A stretch of DNA of 64,000 bases from Longimicrobiales bacterium (GTDB lineage: Bacteria; Gemmatimonadota; Gemmatimonadetes; Longimicrobiales; Gaopeijiaceae): positions 608,001 through 672,000 of the forward strand of contig CBDFMQ010000002.1 in the NCBI GenBank assembly GCA_965249725.1. The letters run 5' to 3'. The position numbers and the translations under genes are program-made. The notes under the pieces were generated by a model. It did no database searches. It was not told the DNA's origin and saw only the letters and a list, made by a program, of their open reading frames with translations. Each line of letters starts with the position of its first letter. The stretch's first letter is position 1. Shown piece by piece: positions 52,549 through 61,351 of this stretch.

Positions 52549-52731
52549 ACTCCACAGGATTCGCGAGGAGGGGCGCGATCCCGTAATCACTGGCGAGCGG
52601 AGGAATCTATCGGTCCGGACTTATGGGTCACTTCGGCATTGCAGCGCGATTTGATGCCTACGCTATGAAGTGTGGCCGCTGCCCATCAGTATGGGATTCC
52701 ATGGTGGCCTGAAGTGTGGTACAGTTTGTCA

Positions 52732-53088
52732 ATGGCAATAACTCGATCTGTCTCAAGGCACATGGTTCACTTGGTCCTCGCGATAGCTTTGGTACTCATG
52801 TCGGTATTCGTTCCGGTGGTAGTTGAGACGCGACATGAGCTGTCGGAGGTCAGGTTGGGGTTGCCGTTGCGATTTCTCACGCAGGATCTATCCGTTCTCC
52901 CCTATGGGAGGGGTGGAGACGCGGATCCGCTTCCCATAGAGCGGGCGCTATTGAGTCCGTGGGAGTACCCCTTCAGGGTGTCTCCTTTGAGGTTGGTGCT
53001 GGATGTCTTCATGACCTACTTCGTTATTTCGTTTGTTGCAGACATCTTTCGTGTGGTTATGGGGAGTGGCTCATCGCTTAGGAAGTAG
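52732..53088 (+). CDS. Hypothetical membrane protein
   Basis: Hydrophobic N and C termini, GLPLRFL motif; start uncertain. Confidence 0.5.
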   Translation: MAITRSVSRHMVHLVLAIALVLMSVFVPVVVETRHELSEVRLGLPLRFLTQDLSVLPYGRGGDADPLPIERALLSPWEYPFRVSPLRLVLDVFMTYFVISFVADIFRVVMGSGSSLRK

Positions 53089-54093
53089 AATCGTCTCGAT
53101 GGGATTGCCCTGAGAGGAGGCTGATCTGCGAAGCCCTTGGGTGATTGTACTGATGGGTTCCACGCTGGCAGAGAGGGGGAGGCTACTGTTCTCAACGAAC
53201 AAGAGCATCATGTAGGCTCGGACCTCTTGTGTGCCGAGCGGAGGCACTCGAATCGGTATCTGGATCAGCTTGTCGAAGTAGCTGGTCACCAGATTCTCGT
53301 TCTCGATACCCTCAAAATGACGCCGGACAGCGTGTTTGATCATCGCGTCGTCCGCCGCGATCACGAAGGCCGTGTTTTCGAGGAACAGGAGGAGCCTGAT
53401 GGCTTCAAGCGTCGAGATCGTAGTGGGCGGCAGACAGCGGTCCAAGTCGTCAATTAGCACGACAAGCGTTACGCCCAGAGCCGAGAGGGCTTCCGTGAAG
53501 CTCTGCCGGATAGCATGAATCTCTTTGGGTGGAGAAGAGCCCTGACTCGGCTTGAGTAGGCCGGAAGCTTCGGCCACGACTTTACCGGCGGTTGTCTCTG
53601 CCGCCTCAAGATCCTCGGAGGCCACCTCCCCAGCGAGCGCAGTCTTGCCAAGGCGCACAGCTTCACCGACGAGTCCGATTGGGGGGAGTCCAAGCGCTAG
53701 GGCTAGAGTAGAGCCTGCTGTCAGCTTCGCTGCTCGGAGCCAGTCAACCCGCCTGATCAGCTCCTGGACCTTATCGAGCCCGGTCTGTTCCTCCTCAGCC
53801 CTTCGCTCCAGCTCCGAGGCGATAACTTCGAGGAGAGAGGCTCTGGCATCGTCGTATCCTTGGTACAGCCACGCATTGAACTCAACGAATACGAACTTCG
53901 AATCGTCATCGTCGTCGCGCCCTTTGAGCGCGTCCCTGATGAGCTTTATCATCGACGACTTTCCGACACCCCAGGCGCCAGACACCCCGATTGACATCGG
54001 CTTGCCCTGCGCCTGGACGATGATCTCCGCGACCGTGTCGGCAACGCCGGTGAAGTTTAGAAAATCGCGTGCTGTCTCATTGTCGTGCCACAC
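53071..54093 (-). pseudogene. qatA: 3'-truncated KAP-family P-loop NTPase, QatA-like
   Basis: AGGAGG + GTG, W.DNET..DFLNF.GVADTVAEII, GAWGVGKSS, FNAWLYQGYDDA, IDDLDRCLP, YFDKLIQIP; about 340 aa with a non-homologous-looking tail. Confidence 0.72.
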
Positions 54094-54474
54094 CGTCCGC
54101 CTCCTTTGAGCCTGCCCCAAAACCGGCCCGCACCTCGTTAGAGCTATCGAGACGCGTGATAAACAAGTTCAACGTTGTTATCTCCGACGTGCGTATAAGC
54201 CTCACGAGGCCGGGGACTTGCGAAGCGGTGCGGATAAGACGCTTATGGTGTGCCCTTGATCTCTCTGCACGTTCTACAATTGACCGGTCACGGACCTGCC
54301 TGCAAGGGGGGAGGGCAGGAAAGGTAAGCGTCGACCGGAAGGGCTTTGGATCCAGCCCAGCGGCGTCAATATGCCGGGAGAGCTCGCACCGCGCCACATC
54401 CCCGCGCTTCTCACTCGGCTAAGGAGTTGCATCAGGCTCCCCGACACTGAGCTGTTCCTGTACAGTCGGCGGCT

Positions 54475-54897
54475 CTAGTCGTCGAGGAGTTTCTTCAACC
54501 GCCCTTCATTCGTGGCGTTCGGTCGTTTCTGGCGGCTCTCCCAGGTTCGGACCGCGAGTTCGTCTACGCCGATGACGTCGGCCAGTTGCCGTTGGGTTAC
54601 CCCGTGCCTCCAGCGGTATGCCTTGAGCCGCTCCGGGAGCGAATCTCCACACTCCAGCGGTACGTATCCAAGAAATTCAGTGATCCCGGGCCCGTGCCGG
54701 AGGGCAGGGGCCACGAGATTCCGTTCCCAATTGCCAATCGTAGTTTTGTCGACTCCGAGCTGGGCACCCACCTCCCGTTGGAGCATGCCCATCTCTGTTC
54801 GCTTCCGTCTGATGTGGTCTCCGATTGTCTGAAGTTGGTTGGGATACCAGGGCGGAAGGGCTCTCGCCGCCCTGAGCGTGACATGGCAACAAGGCAA
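54475..54897 (-). CDS. Tandem XRE-HTH ORF beginning inside the attR arm; in frame with the recombinase after excision
   Basis: IGDHIRRKRTEMGMLQREVGAQLGVDKTTIGNWERN and LKAYRWRHGVTQRQLADVIGVDELAVRTWES; only upstream start is a TTG within the att arm, no SD. Confidence 0.85.
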   Translation of the reverse strand: MPCCHVTLRAARALPPWYPNQLQTIGDHIRRKRTEMGMLQREVGAQLGVDKTTIGNWERNLVAPALRHGPGITEFLGYVPLECGDSLPERLKAYRWRHGVTQRQLADVIGVDELAVRTWESRQKRPNATNEGRLKKLLDD

Positions 54898-54908
54898 CGC
54901 AGGAGTGT
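54884..54908. other. attR junction: 21-bp element arm plus GTGT core (54905-54908)
   Basis: tggcaacaaggcaacgcagga GTGT ccgtgtggttgg. Confidence 0.9.
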
Positions 54909-55385
54909 CCGTGTGGTTGGTACGGAGACGACTCGGGGCGGTGCGGATGCGATCCGATGCACATAGAGCGTTATCGGTCGAAGGTGTCGGGTCCTCTCCT
55001 GGACCGGATCGACCTCCACGTAGAGGTCCCTGCGGTTCCGTTTCGGGAGCTCGCCGGGGATCGGGCGGGGGAGGGGACCGCCACCGTGCGCGAGCGCGTC
55101 ACCCGAGCCCGCGACCGACAGGTCGAACGACTCTGCGACTCTGCAGGGGTCTTCGCCAACGGCCAGATGGGCCCTGCGGACCTGCGCCGACACTGTCGCC
55201 CCTCCACGGAGGTGGCTCGACTCCTCCGAAGAGCCTTGGACCGATTGCGCCTGTCTGCCCGCGCGTACCACCGCATCCTCAAGGTGGCCCGGACGATCGC
55301 AGACCTCGACGGGAGTGACCGCATCACCACGGCACATGCGGCGGAGGCCGTACAGTATCGGAGCCTGGATCGACAGCGGGCGTGA
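54909..55385 (+). pseudogene. comM: comM 3' part
   Basis: PCGWYGD...C.C....RYRSKVSGPLLDRIDLHV, LSARAYHRILKVARTIADL, EAVQYR; in-frame TGA at 54879-54881 upstream. Confidence 0.93.
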
Positions 55386-55539
55386 GCGGCGACCGCAGCG
55401 TGGCGCTCGACCCCTGCGGGGTACCGAAGCAGGGTCCGCCGCACTACCATCCAATCATGCATCACGAGACCACACCTGAGGACTGTTGCGAGGCCACGTC
55501 GGACGACCCGACGAATCGACCGGGCGAACGGAGTGACCG

Positions 55540-56523
55540 ATGACGATCCCTTGGACCGCCGCCCTGCAGCAGCCCGCCGATAGTACGGCGGGAAGCGCCT
55601 TGACCCAGGGCATCGACTTCTTGAGCCGGGGGTTTCTTCTGGACAGCCTCTCCTGGAGGAAGATCGGCCTCACCGTCATCGTTCTGCTCGCCGTCTGGCT
55701 CGTACGGCGGGTGTTACAGCGAGTGGTCCACGGTATGGTCGAGGACCGGGCGCTCCAGTACCGCTGGGGCAAGACCATCGCGTACGTCACGTGGTTGGTC
55801 GCAGCGCTCTTGGTCGCGTCTATATGGGTCGAGGGTCTTCGACAATTGGGGACCTTCCTCGGCCTGTTCTCTGCTGGCGTGGCCATCGCCCTGAAGGACG
55901 TCATCGTTGACCTGGCCGGCTGGCTGGTCATTGTCACCAAGCCTCCCTTCGTGCTGGGGGATCGGGTGCAGATCAGCGGACACCGCGGCGACGTGGTGGA
56001 CATTTCCGTGCTCCACTTCACGCTGCTGGAAATCGGGAATTGGGTCGAGGCGGATCAGAGCACTGGCCGCGTGGTTCGAATCCCCAATTCCAAGATCCTC
56101 ACCGAGCCGATCGCCAACTACACGTCCGAGTTCCCGTTCCTTTGGAACGAGCTCCCCATCGTGGTGACGTTCGAGAGCGACTGGCGGAGGGCTAAAGAGC
56201 TGTTCATGACAGCCGCGCAGGAGGCGACCGAGGAAACCAGCCAGAAGGCGAGAGAATCGCTCAAGCGACGGCCGAGTAGAATGCTGATCTCGTACGGAAC
56301 CCTCACAGCGACGGTCTACACTTCGGTAGTGGACCAGGGCGTAAGCCTGACGATGCGGTTTCTGACCGAGCCGCGTCGACGGCGGGGCGTCCAGGAACAG
56401 CTTTGGGAAGCGGTCCTGAACGTGATCGACTCGGAGCCCACGATCGACTTGGCGTACCCGACCACGAGAATCGTCAACCTCGGGGCTGCGCCGTTCCCGC
56501 CTCTGGCCCCGGAGCGCGAGTAG
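55540..56523 (+). CDS. mscS: Small-conductance mechanosensitive channel family protein
   Basis: AGVAIALKD, PFVLGDRVQI....GDVVDI, RIPNS, LAYPT. Confidence 0.88.
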   Translation: MTIPWTAALQQPADSTAGSALTQGIDFLSRGFLLDSLSWRKIGLTVIVLLAVWLVRRVLQRVVHGMVEDRALQYRWGKTIAYVTWLVAALLVASIWVEGLRQLGTFLGLFSAGVAIALKDVIVDLAGWLVIVTKPPFVLGDRVQISGHRGDVVDISVLHFTLLEIGNWVEADQSTGRVVRIPNSKILTEPIANYTSEFPFLWNELPIVVTFESDWRRAKELFMTAAQEATEETSQKARESLKRRPSRMLISYGTLTATVYTSVVDQGVSLTMRFLTEPRRRRGVQEQLWEAVLNVIDSEPTIDLAYPTTRIVNLGAAPFPPLAPERE

Positions 56524-56701
56524 CTGTCAGTAAGGCGTTTCACCGGTTTTCTACGACGCCGGGCAGTTGTTAGCACTGGGGCATCCCTGTATTTTTTCCC
56601 CAGGTGCAGCTGCGACACGGCACGCATTGTCGCTTGTTCCGGGAGGGGCCCGACGGAGGGCCCGACTCATTCTCAAACCGTCTGGGGTGTGATCCGCAGT
56701 C

Positions 56702-57262
56702 ATGCGACTCTTCGTAGCCCTCAATCTGCCAAAGAAGGAAAAGGACCGCATCTACCGGGCGGCTCGCGTGCTCCGCGACTCGGAGCTGCCGGTGCAGTGG
56801 GTAGAGCCGGACAAGTTCCACATCACGTTGAAATTCCTGGGTGATGTAGCGGAGGACCGCATCGAGGCCGTGGAGGAAGCGGTGGGCCGAGTGGCGCTGA
56901 CCACGGGTGCCCTCGAGCTGGCGGTGAGCGGTTTCGGCGCTTTCCCGACCATTCGCAGGCCGCAGGTGATCTGGGTCGGAGTCGAACCCACCCCCGCACT
57001 CCGTTGTCTCAAACAGGACCTGGAGTGGGCGCTCACCGACTGCGGCTTCGACCGGGAAACTCGAGCCTTCCACCCCCACCTGACCTTGGGGAGGGCCGAA
57101 GCCAAGAACGGGGCGGGGGCCTTTCGAGGATTGGACGAGAGGGCTGCAGGCCTGACCTACAAGGGAGAAATCAAGGTCCGAAAGCTCGACTTGATGCGGA
57201 GCCGTCTTTCGAAGGCGGGAGCGAGCTATTCCCTCCATCGTAGTTCCACCTTCGAGGGATAG
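56702..57262 (+). CDS. thpR: RNA 2',3'-cyclic phosphodiesterase (2H family)
   Basis: MRLFVA, HITLKFLG and PHLTLGR HxT motifs. Confidence 0.93.
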   Translation: MRLFVALNLPKKEKDRIYRAARVLRDSELPVQWVEPDKFHITLKFLGDVAEDRIEAVEEAVGRVALTTGALELAVSGFGAFPTIRRPQVIWVGVEPTPALRCLKQDLEWALTDCGFDRETRAFHPHLTLGRAEAKNGAGAFRGLDERAAGLTYKGEIKVRKLDLMRSRLSKAGASYSLHRSSTFEG

Positions 57263-57265
57263 GCC

Positions 57266-57929
57266 GTGCTTGGACTCGGCTGCCTCAAGAGCTGCCTTGG
57301 GAAAATCGTTCTCCTGGTACTGCTCGTGGCCGCCGCGTACGGGGGATGGCTATGGGGCCCCTCAGTCTTTCCGCAACTGACGGCTTTCTTCTCCAGCGGC
57401 GAGGACGTCCCCGTCGTTACGGCGTCCCCGGAACTGGCCGAGGCCACGATGGATCGGTTCGAGGCGTTGAGGCGAGGGGAAGTGGGTGGGCAACTCGCTC
57501 TTGGTGCGAGCGAGGTCGAATCCGTGATCCGCTATTCGGTTCCGGGTATCATCCCGGCGGGCATCGGTGCACCGCGCATCGAAATGGAAGACGGCGTGGT
57601 TACGTTGTCGGCCCATGTCGCCCTGGCGTCCTTATCCGGAAATGCCGGATCTGAACGCCATTTTGGGTTTCTTGCCGGACACGCTTGAGGTGTCCTTTGA
57701 GGGTGCCCTCGCACCCTTGGACGATGAGCGTTGGGACGCCCTCGTCATCCACGGGGTGCAGGCCGGGTTCATACCGCTTCCCGATCGGATGATTCCAGAT
57801 ATCCTGGAAGCCCTGGGGAGGGAGTATGTGGGTGGCCTGCCGGAGGATGCCATCGCCATACCGCTTCCCGACGGGCTCAGCTCCGCCTACATCCTCCGCG
57901 ACAGTCTCGTGCTCGTGAGTGATCGTTAG
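57266..57929 (+). pseudogene. Membrane-anchored hypothetical protein split by a 1-nt frameshift near 57630
   Basis: Frame 1 ...VALAS continues plausibly as YPEMPDLNAILGFLPDTL... in the overlapping frame, whose stop ends 1 nt before the next ATG. Confidence 0.65.
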
Positions 57930-57930
57930 C

Positions 57931-59307
57931 ATGTCCCGCATCCTGATCGTCGACGACGAAGAGTCCATTCGCCACGCTCTGAGGCAGGTATTCGAGTACG
58001 AAGAGCACGAAGTGTCGGCGGCCTCTGACGGACCCGATGCCATCGAGCTGTTCCAGTCCTTCGGGCCCGACGTCACGTTTCTCGATGTGAAGATGTCGGG
58101 TCTGGATGGTCTGGAGGTGCTGGCCCGAATCCGGAAGATCGATCCGGGGGCCTATGTGGTCATGATCAGCGGCCACGGCACGATCGATACGGCCGTCGAC
58201 GCCACCCGGAAGGGGGCCTTCGACTTCCTGGAGAAACCGCTCGACACGGACCGGCTTCTCGTCAGCCTGCGCAATGTGCTCGAGCTCCGCGGCCTCTCCC
58301 AGAGCGTCGAACTGCTCCGGAGCGAGGTCGACGACCGATACCGGATGGTCGGGAACTCGGCATCGATCCGTGCGGTCTTGGAGCGACTGGATCGCGTGGC
58401 CGGGACGGATGCTCGCGTGCTCATCATGGGCGAGAACGGAACCGGCAAGGAACTCGTCGCTCGAGGCGTCCATCGTCTCTCGTCCCGTCGCGAGGCTCCG
58501 TTCGTCGAGGTGAACTGCGCGGCCATTCCGGCGGAACTGATAGAGTCGGAGCTTTTCGGACACATGAAGGGCTCCTTCACCGGGGCTGTGGCCGACCGCG
58601 CGGGCACCTTCGAGCAGGCGCACGATGGCACGCTCTTCTTGGACGAAATCGGTGATATGTCGCTGGCGGCCCAGGCCAAGGTGCTTCGGGCCCTCGAGGA
58701 AGGTGTGATCACTCGGGTGGGCGGATCCAAGTCCATACAGGTCGACGTTCGCGTGATCGCCGCCACCAACAAGAACCTCCCTGAGGAGATCTCCGAAGGA
58801 CGATTCCGGGAGGACCTGTTCTACCGACTGAACGTAGTGCCCATCGTCGTGCCCCCGTTGCGTGAGCGCCCAGAGGACATCCGAGCCCTGGTCGCCCACT
58901 TCGTCGGACAGGCTGTGGGGGCCGCCCACATCGCTCCCAAGATCATGGAAGAGGGTGCCCTCGAACGGCTCGAGGGGCTCGACTGGCCCGGCAACATTCG
59001 CGAGTTGAGAAACACGGTCGAACGGCTTCTGATTCTGTCACCGGGCGAAGTCGTGAGACCGGCCGACGTGGACGCCCTGGTCGGCGGGGCCGACCGAGGA
59101 GACGGGCTGGGAATGGCTCTGCTGAGTACGGAGACGTTCGGCGACTTCAAGGAACAGGCCGAACTGGTCTACATCACGCACAAGCTCCGCGAGAACGACT
59201 GGAACGTGAGCGAGACCGCGCGTCAGATAGACATGCCGCGTTCGAATCTCTACAAGAAAATCGAGAAATACGGCCTCACCCGGGATGACAAAGGGGGCCC
59301 CGTCTAG
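57931..59307 (+). CDS. Sigma-54-type response regulator (NtrC/NtrX family)
   Basis: REC domain ILIVDDE, GENGTGKE, ESELFGH.KGSFTGA, FREDLFYRLNV, WPGNIREL, Fis HTH. Confidence 0.94.
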   Translation: MSRILIVDDEESIRHALRQVFEYEEHEVSAASDGPDAIELFQSFGPDVTFLDVKMSGLDGLEVLARIRKIDPGAYVVMISGHGTIDTAVDATRKGAFDFLEKPLDTDRLLVSLRNVLELRGLSQSVELLRSEVDDRYRMVGNSASIRAVLERLDRVAGTDARVLIMGENGTGKELVARGVHRLSSRREAPFVEVNCAAIPAELIESELFGHMKGSFTGAVADRAGTFEQAHDGTLFLDEIGDMSLAAQAKVLRALEEGVITRVGGSKSIQVDVRVIAATNKNLPEEISEGRFREDLFYRLNVVPIVVPPLRERPEDIRALVAHFVGQAVGAAHIAPKIMEEGALERLEGLDWPGNIRELRNTVERLLILSPGEVVRPADVDALVGGADRGDGLGMALLSTETFGDFKEQAELVYITHKLRENDWNVSETARQIDMPRSNLYKKIEKYGLTRDDKGGPV

Positions 59308-60143
59308 GGCGACCCGGGTTCCTTCCTTATCTCGGCACCGTTGGGCAGTGCATACAACGCGTCGAGCGTTCTGAAGTCCCTCGTCGAGAGACTGCGCGCG
59401 GTGTTGGTGGGGTACATCACGTCACGCTGCGAGTCACTGTGTGGCAACCCCAACGCATGTCCCATCTCATGAGCTGCGGTCAGGAGCACCTGCTGTGGTG
59501 TCAGGGCCTGTCTGTAGTTCGACGGATTTCGGGAGGCCAACACCAGCCTGAGCACCCGGAAGCGCGGCTCCCCTGATTCGAATCGCCATTCGATGCCCGT
59601 TACGCCGAGTTGGGTTCCGTAGAGACCCGTGTTCCACGAGACCGTGATGTCGGCGGGTTCCGCCGACGTCGTGCGAGAGTCGATGACCAACTCGAAGGGC
59701 TTGCGATTCCAGTACTGGAAGCCACGGACGGCGGCGCGTTGGAGGTCCCTTATCTGGCTCTGATCCCTTCCCGGAGGCGGGGGGATGCGGATGCGCAGAC
59801 GGGTGGTCCCGTCAGGCCACCGATAGGCGCGTTGGGAGCCTGATTCCTCTAGCTCAGTGCAGAGGTACCCGACATCCCGGCAGGCTTCACCGGCCTGGAG
59901 AACGACGCGTGCCGCATTGGGGCCCGCCAACACGCCTTCATCGCAGAACGACGGGTCGCCAGCAGGGCAATCACTCGCTGCATCAACACCCGCGCCCTCC
60001 GAGTCGGCGAACATGGGCACCCGCCCGCGCAGCACGTTCACTGCCACGGCAAGGATCCCAATCAGGAGAAGGAATGAGACTGGAGATGGTTTTCCGCGCA
60101 CACACACCGCCTTCGGTACTCTTGACTCGAGTCGGTCCCTCAC
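59304..60143 (-). CDS. Matrixin-family metalloprotease
   Basis: HEMGHALGLPH zinc motif followed by DVMYP Met-turn; start uncertain. Confidence 0.85.
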   Translation of the reverse strand: MRDRLESRVPKAVCVRGKPSPVSFLLLIGILAVAVNVLRGRVPMFADSEGAGVDAASDCPAGDPSFCDEGVLAGPNAARVVLQAGEACRDVGYLCTELEESGSQRAYRWPDGTTRLRIRIPPPPGRDQSQIRDLQRAAVRGFQYWNRKPFELVIDSRTTSAEPADITVSWNTGLYGTQLGVTGIEWRFESGEPRFRVLRLVLASRNPSNYRQALTPQQVLLTAAHEMGHALGLPHSDSQRDVMYPTNTARSLSTRDFRTLDALYALPNGAEIRKEPGSP

Positions 60144-60272
60144 TGTTGTGATACGCCGACTCCTTCTATCAACACTAGGTTCGGATCCCCGTTGGAGGGA
60201 AGGCTCGCGTGCACGAGCGCGCCAGCCCCGAGACTGGAACGGAGGTCGGGCGCCTGTGTATTTTGAAAAACC

Positions 60273-60356
60273 CGTCAGGTTTTTCGTCGGGTTTCCCGTC
60301 GAGCTTCCCGTCGAGCTTCACGTCGAGCTTTACGTCGAGCTTTACGTCGAGCTTTA
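60273..60356. repeat. Intergenic 12-bp tandem repeat, 7 copies with graded divergence (CGTCGAGCTTTA consensus)
   Basis: cgtcaggttttt cgtcgggtttcc cgtcgagcttcc cgtcgagcttca cgtcgagcttta x3. Confidence 0.88.
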
Positions 60357-60443
60357 AGCGTGACCGGGACAGGGGACCGAGAGGGTCGCCCCCCGGGCGA
60401 GCGGATGTGGTCCATGACCTAACGTGAGAGCGAAGGACGATAG

Positions 60444-61187
60444 ATGGGTGACGAACGGAACACGGCGCGAAAGGAAAAGGGTGCGGGCCCGCTCCGTTTG
60501 ATCTGGGATTGGACGCGGTCGCTCTTCTTTGCCCTGATGCTCTTTCTGGTCGTCCGTACCTTCATCGTAGAAGCCTTCAAGATCCCAACCTCCTCGATGG
60601 AGGGCACGCTCCTCGTAGGCGACTTCCTGCTGGTGAACAAGGTGGCCTACGGTGCCGAAGTGCCCTTGCTAGGGATGAAGTTGCCGGCGTTCAAAGAGCC
60701 ACTCCGAGGCGACATCGTAGTGTTCAACCCCCCGCACGATCCCATCAAGAACTACGTGAAACGGGTCGTGGGCATGCCTGGGGACACGCTAGAGATGAGG
60801 GACAAGGTTCTCTACGTGAACGGGGCCGAGACGAGCGAGGAGTTTGCGCGGTATGTCGACCGCAACGGTGCGGACGCCATACACCCCAATATGAAGTGGC
60901 AGCGCAGTCATCTGTTGGCTCGGGAGACGGTGCGCCGGCGTGGACGCAGAGGCGAGTATCGACCCTCTCGCGACAACTGGGGGCCTCTGGCCGTGCCGGA
61001 CAGCAGTTACTTCGTGCTCGGGGACAACCGCGACAACAGCGAGGACTCCCGGTACTGGGGGTTTGTAGAGAGGGGTGCGATCCGAGGTCAGCCCTGGATC
61101 GTCTATTACTCCTTCGACGCCACGGGGGGGCGACCTGCGTGGTTGCGGGCTGTGCGGTGGAATCGGGTAGGCGGTCTAATCCGCTGA
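60444..61187 (+). CDS. lepB: Signal peptidase I
   Basis: IPTSSMEGTL.VGD, YVKRVVG.PGD, GDNRDNSEDSRYWG. Confidence 0.96.
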   Translation: MGDERNTARKEKGAGPLRLIWDWTRSLFFALMLFLVVRTFIVEAFKIPTSSMEGTLLVGDFLLVNKVAYGAEVPLLGMKLPAFKEPLRGDIVVFNPPHDPIKNYVKRVVGMPGDTLEMRDKVLYVNGAETSEEFARYVDRNGADAIHPNMKWQRSHLLARETVRRRGRRGEYRPSRDNWGPLAVPDSSYFVLGDNRDNSEDSRYWGFVERGAIRGQPWIVYYSFDATGGRPAWLRAVRWNRVGGLIR

Positions 61188-61351
61188 CAGGGCAGTCGTG
61201 ACATCAAAGAGTGACAACCCCCGACTCCTCTGAGGATTCTGCACTGGGGCAGTTGCGCCACGCGCGCCTTGACGTATCATTTGCTTGCTTCGGTGCCCCC
61301 CCCCCGTTCCGGGCGGGGACGCGACCAGACCCACAGACGATGGAGGGCTAG

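Larger units (their letters stand above)
34035..54908. mobile_element. ~20.9 kb serine-recombinase integrative element inserted in comM
   Basis: Removing it restores in-frame comM (AMNPC-PCGWYG, 510 aa); duplicated GTGT core; inverted arms; recombinase at left end; accessory cargo. Confidence 0.93.

Noticed and set aside
56570..56600. CIRCE element (TTAGCACT)
   Set aside because: Only a left half-site with no GAGTGCTAA partner, and not upstream of chaperone genes; none seen before grpE either.
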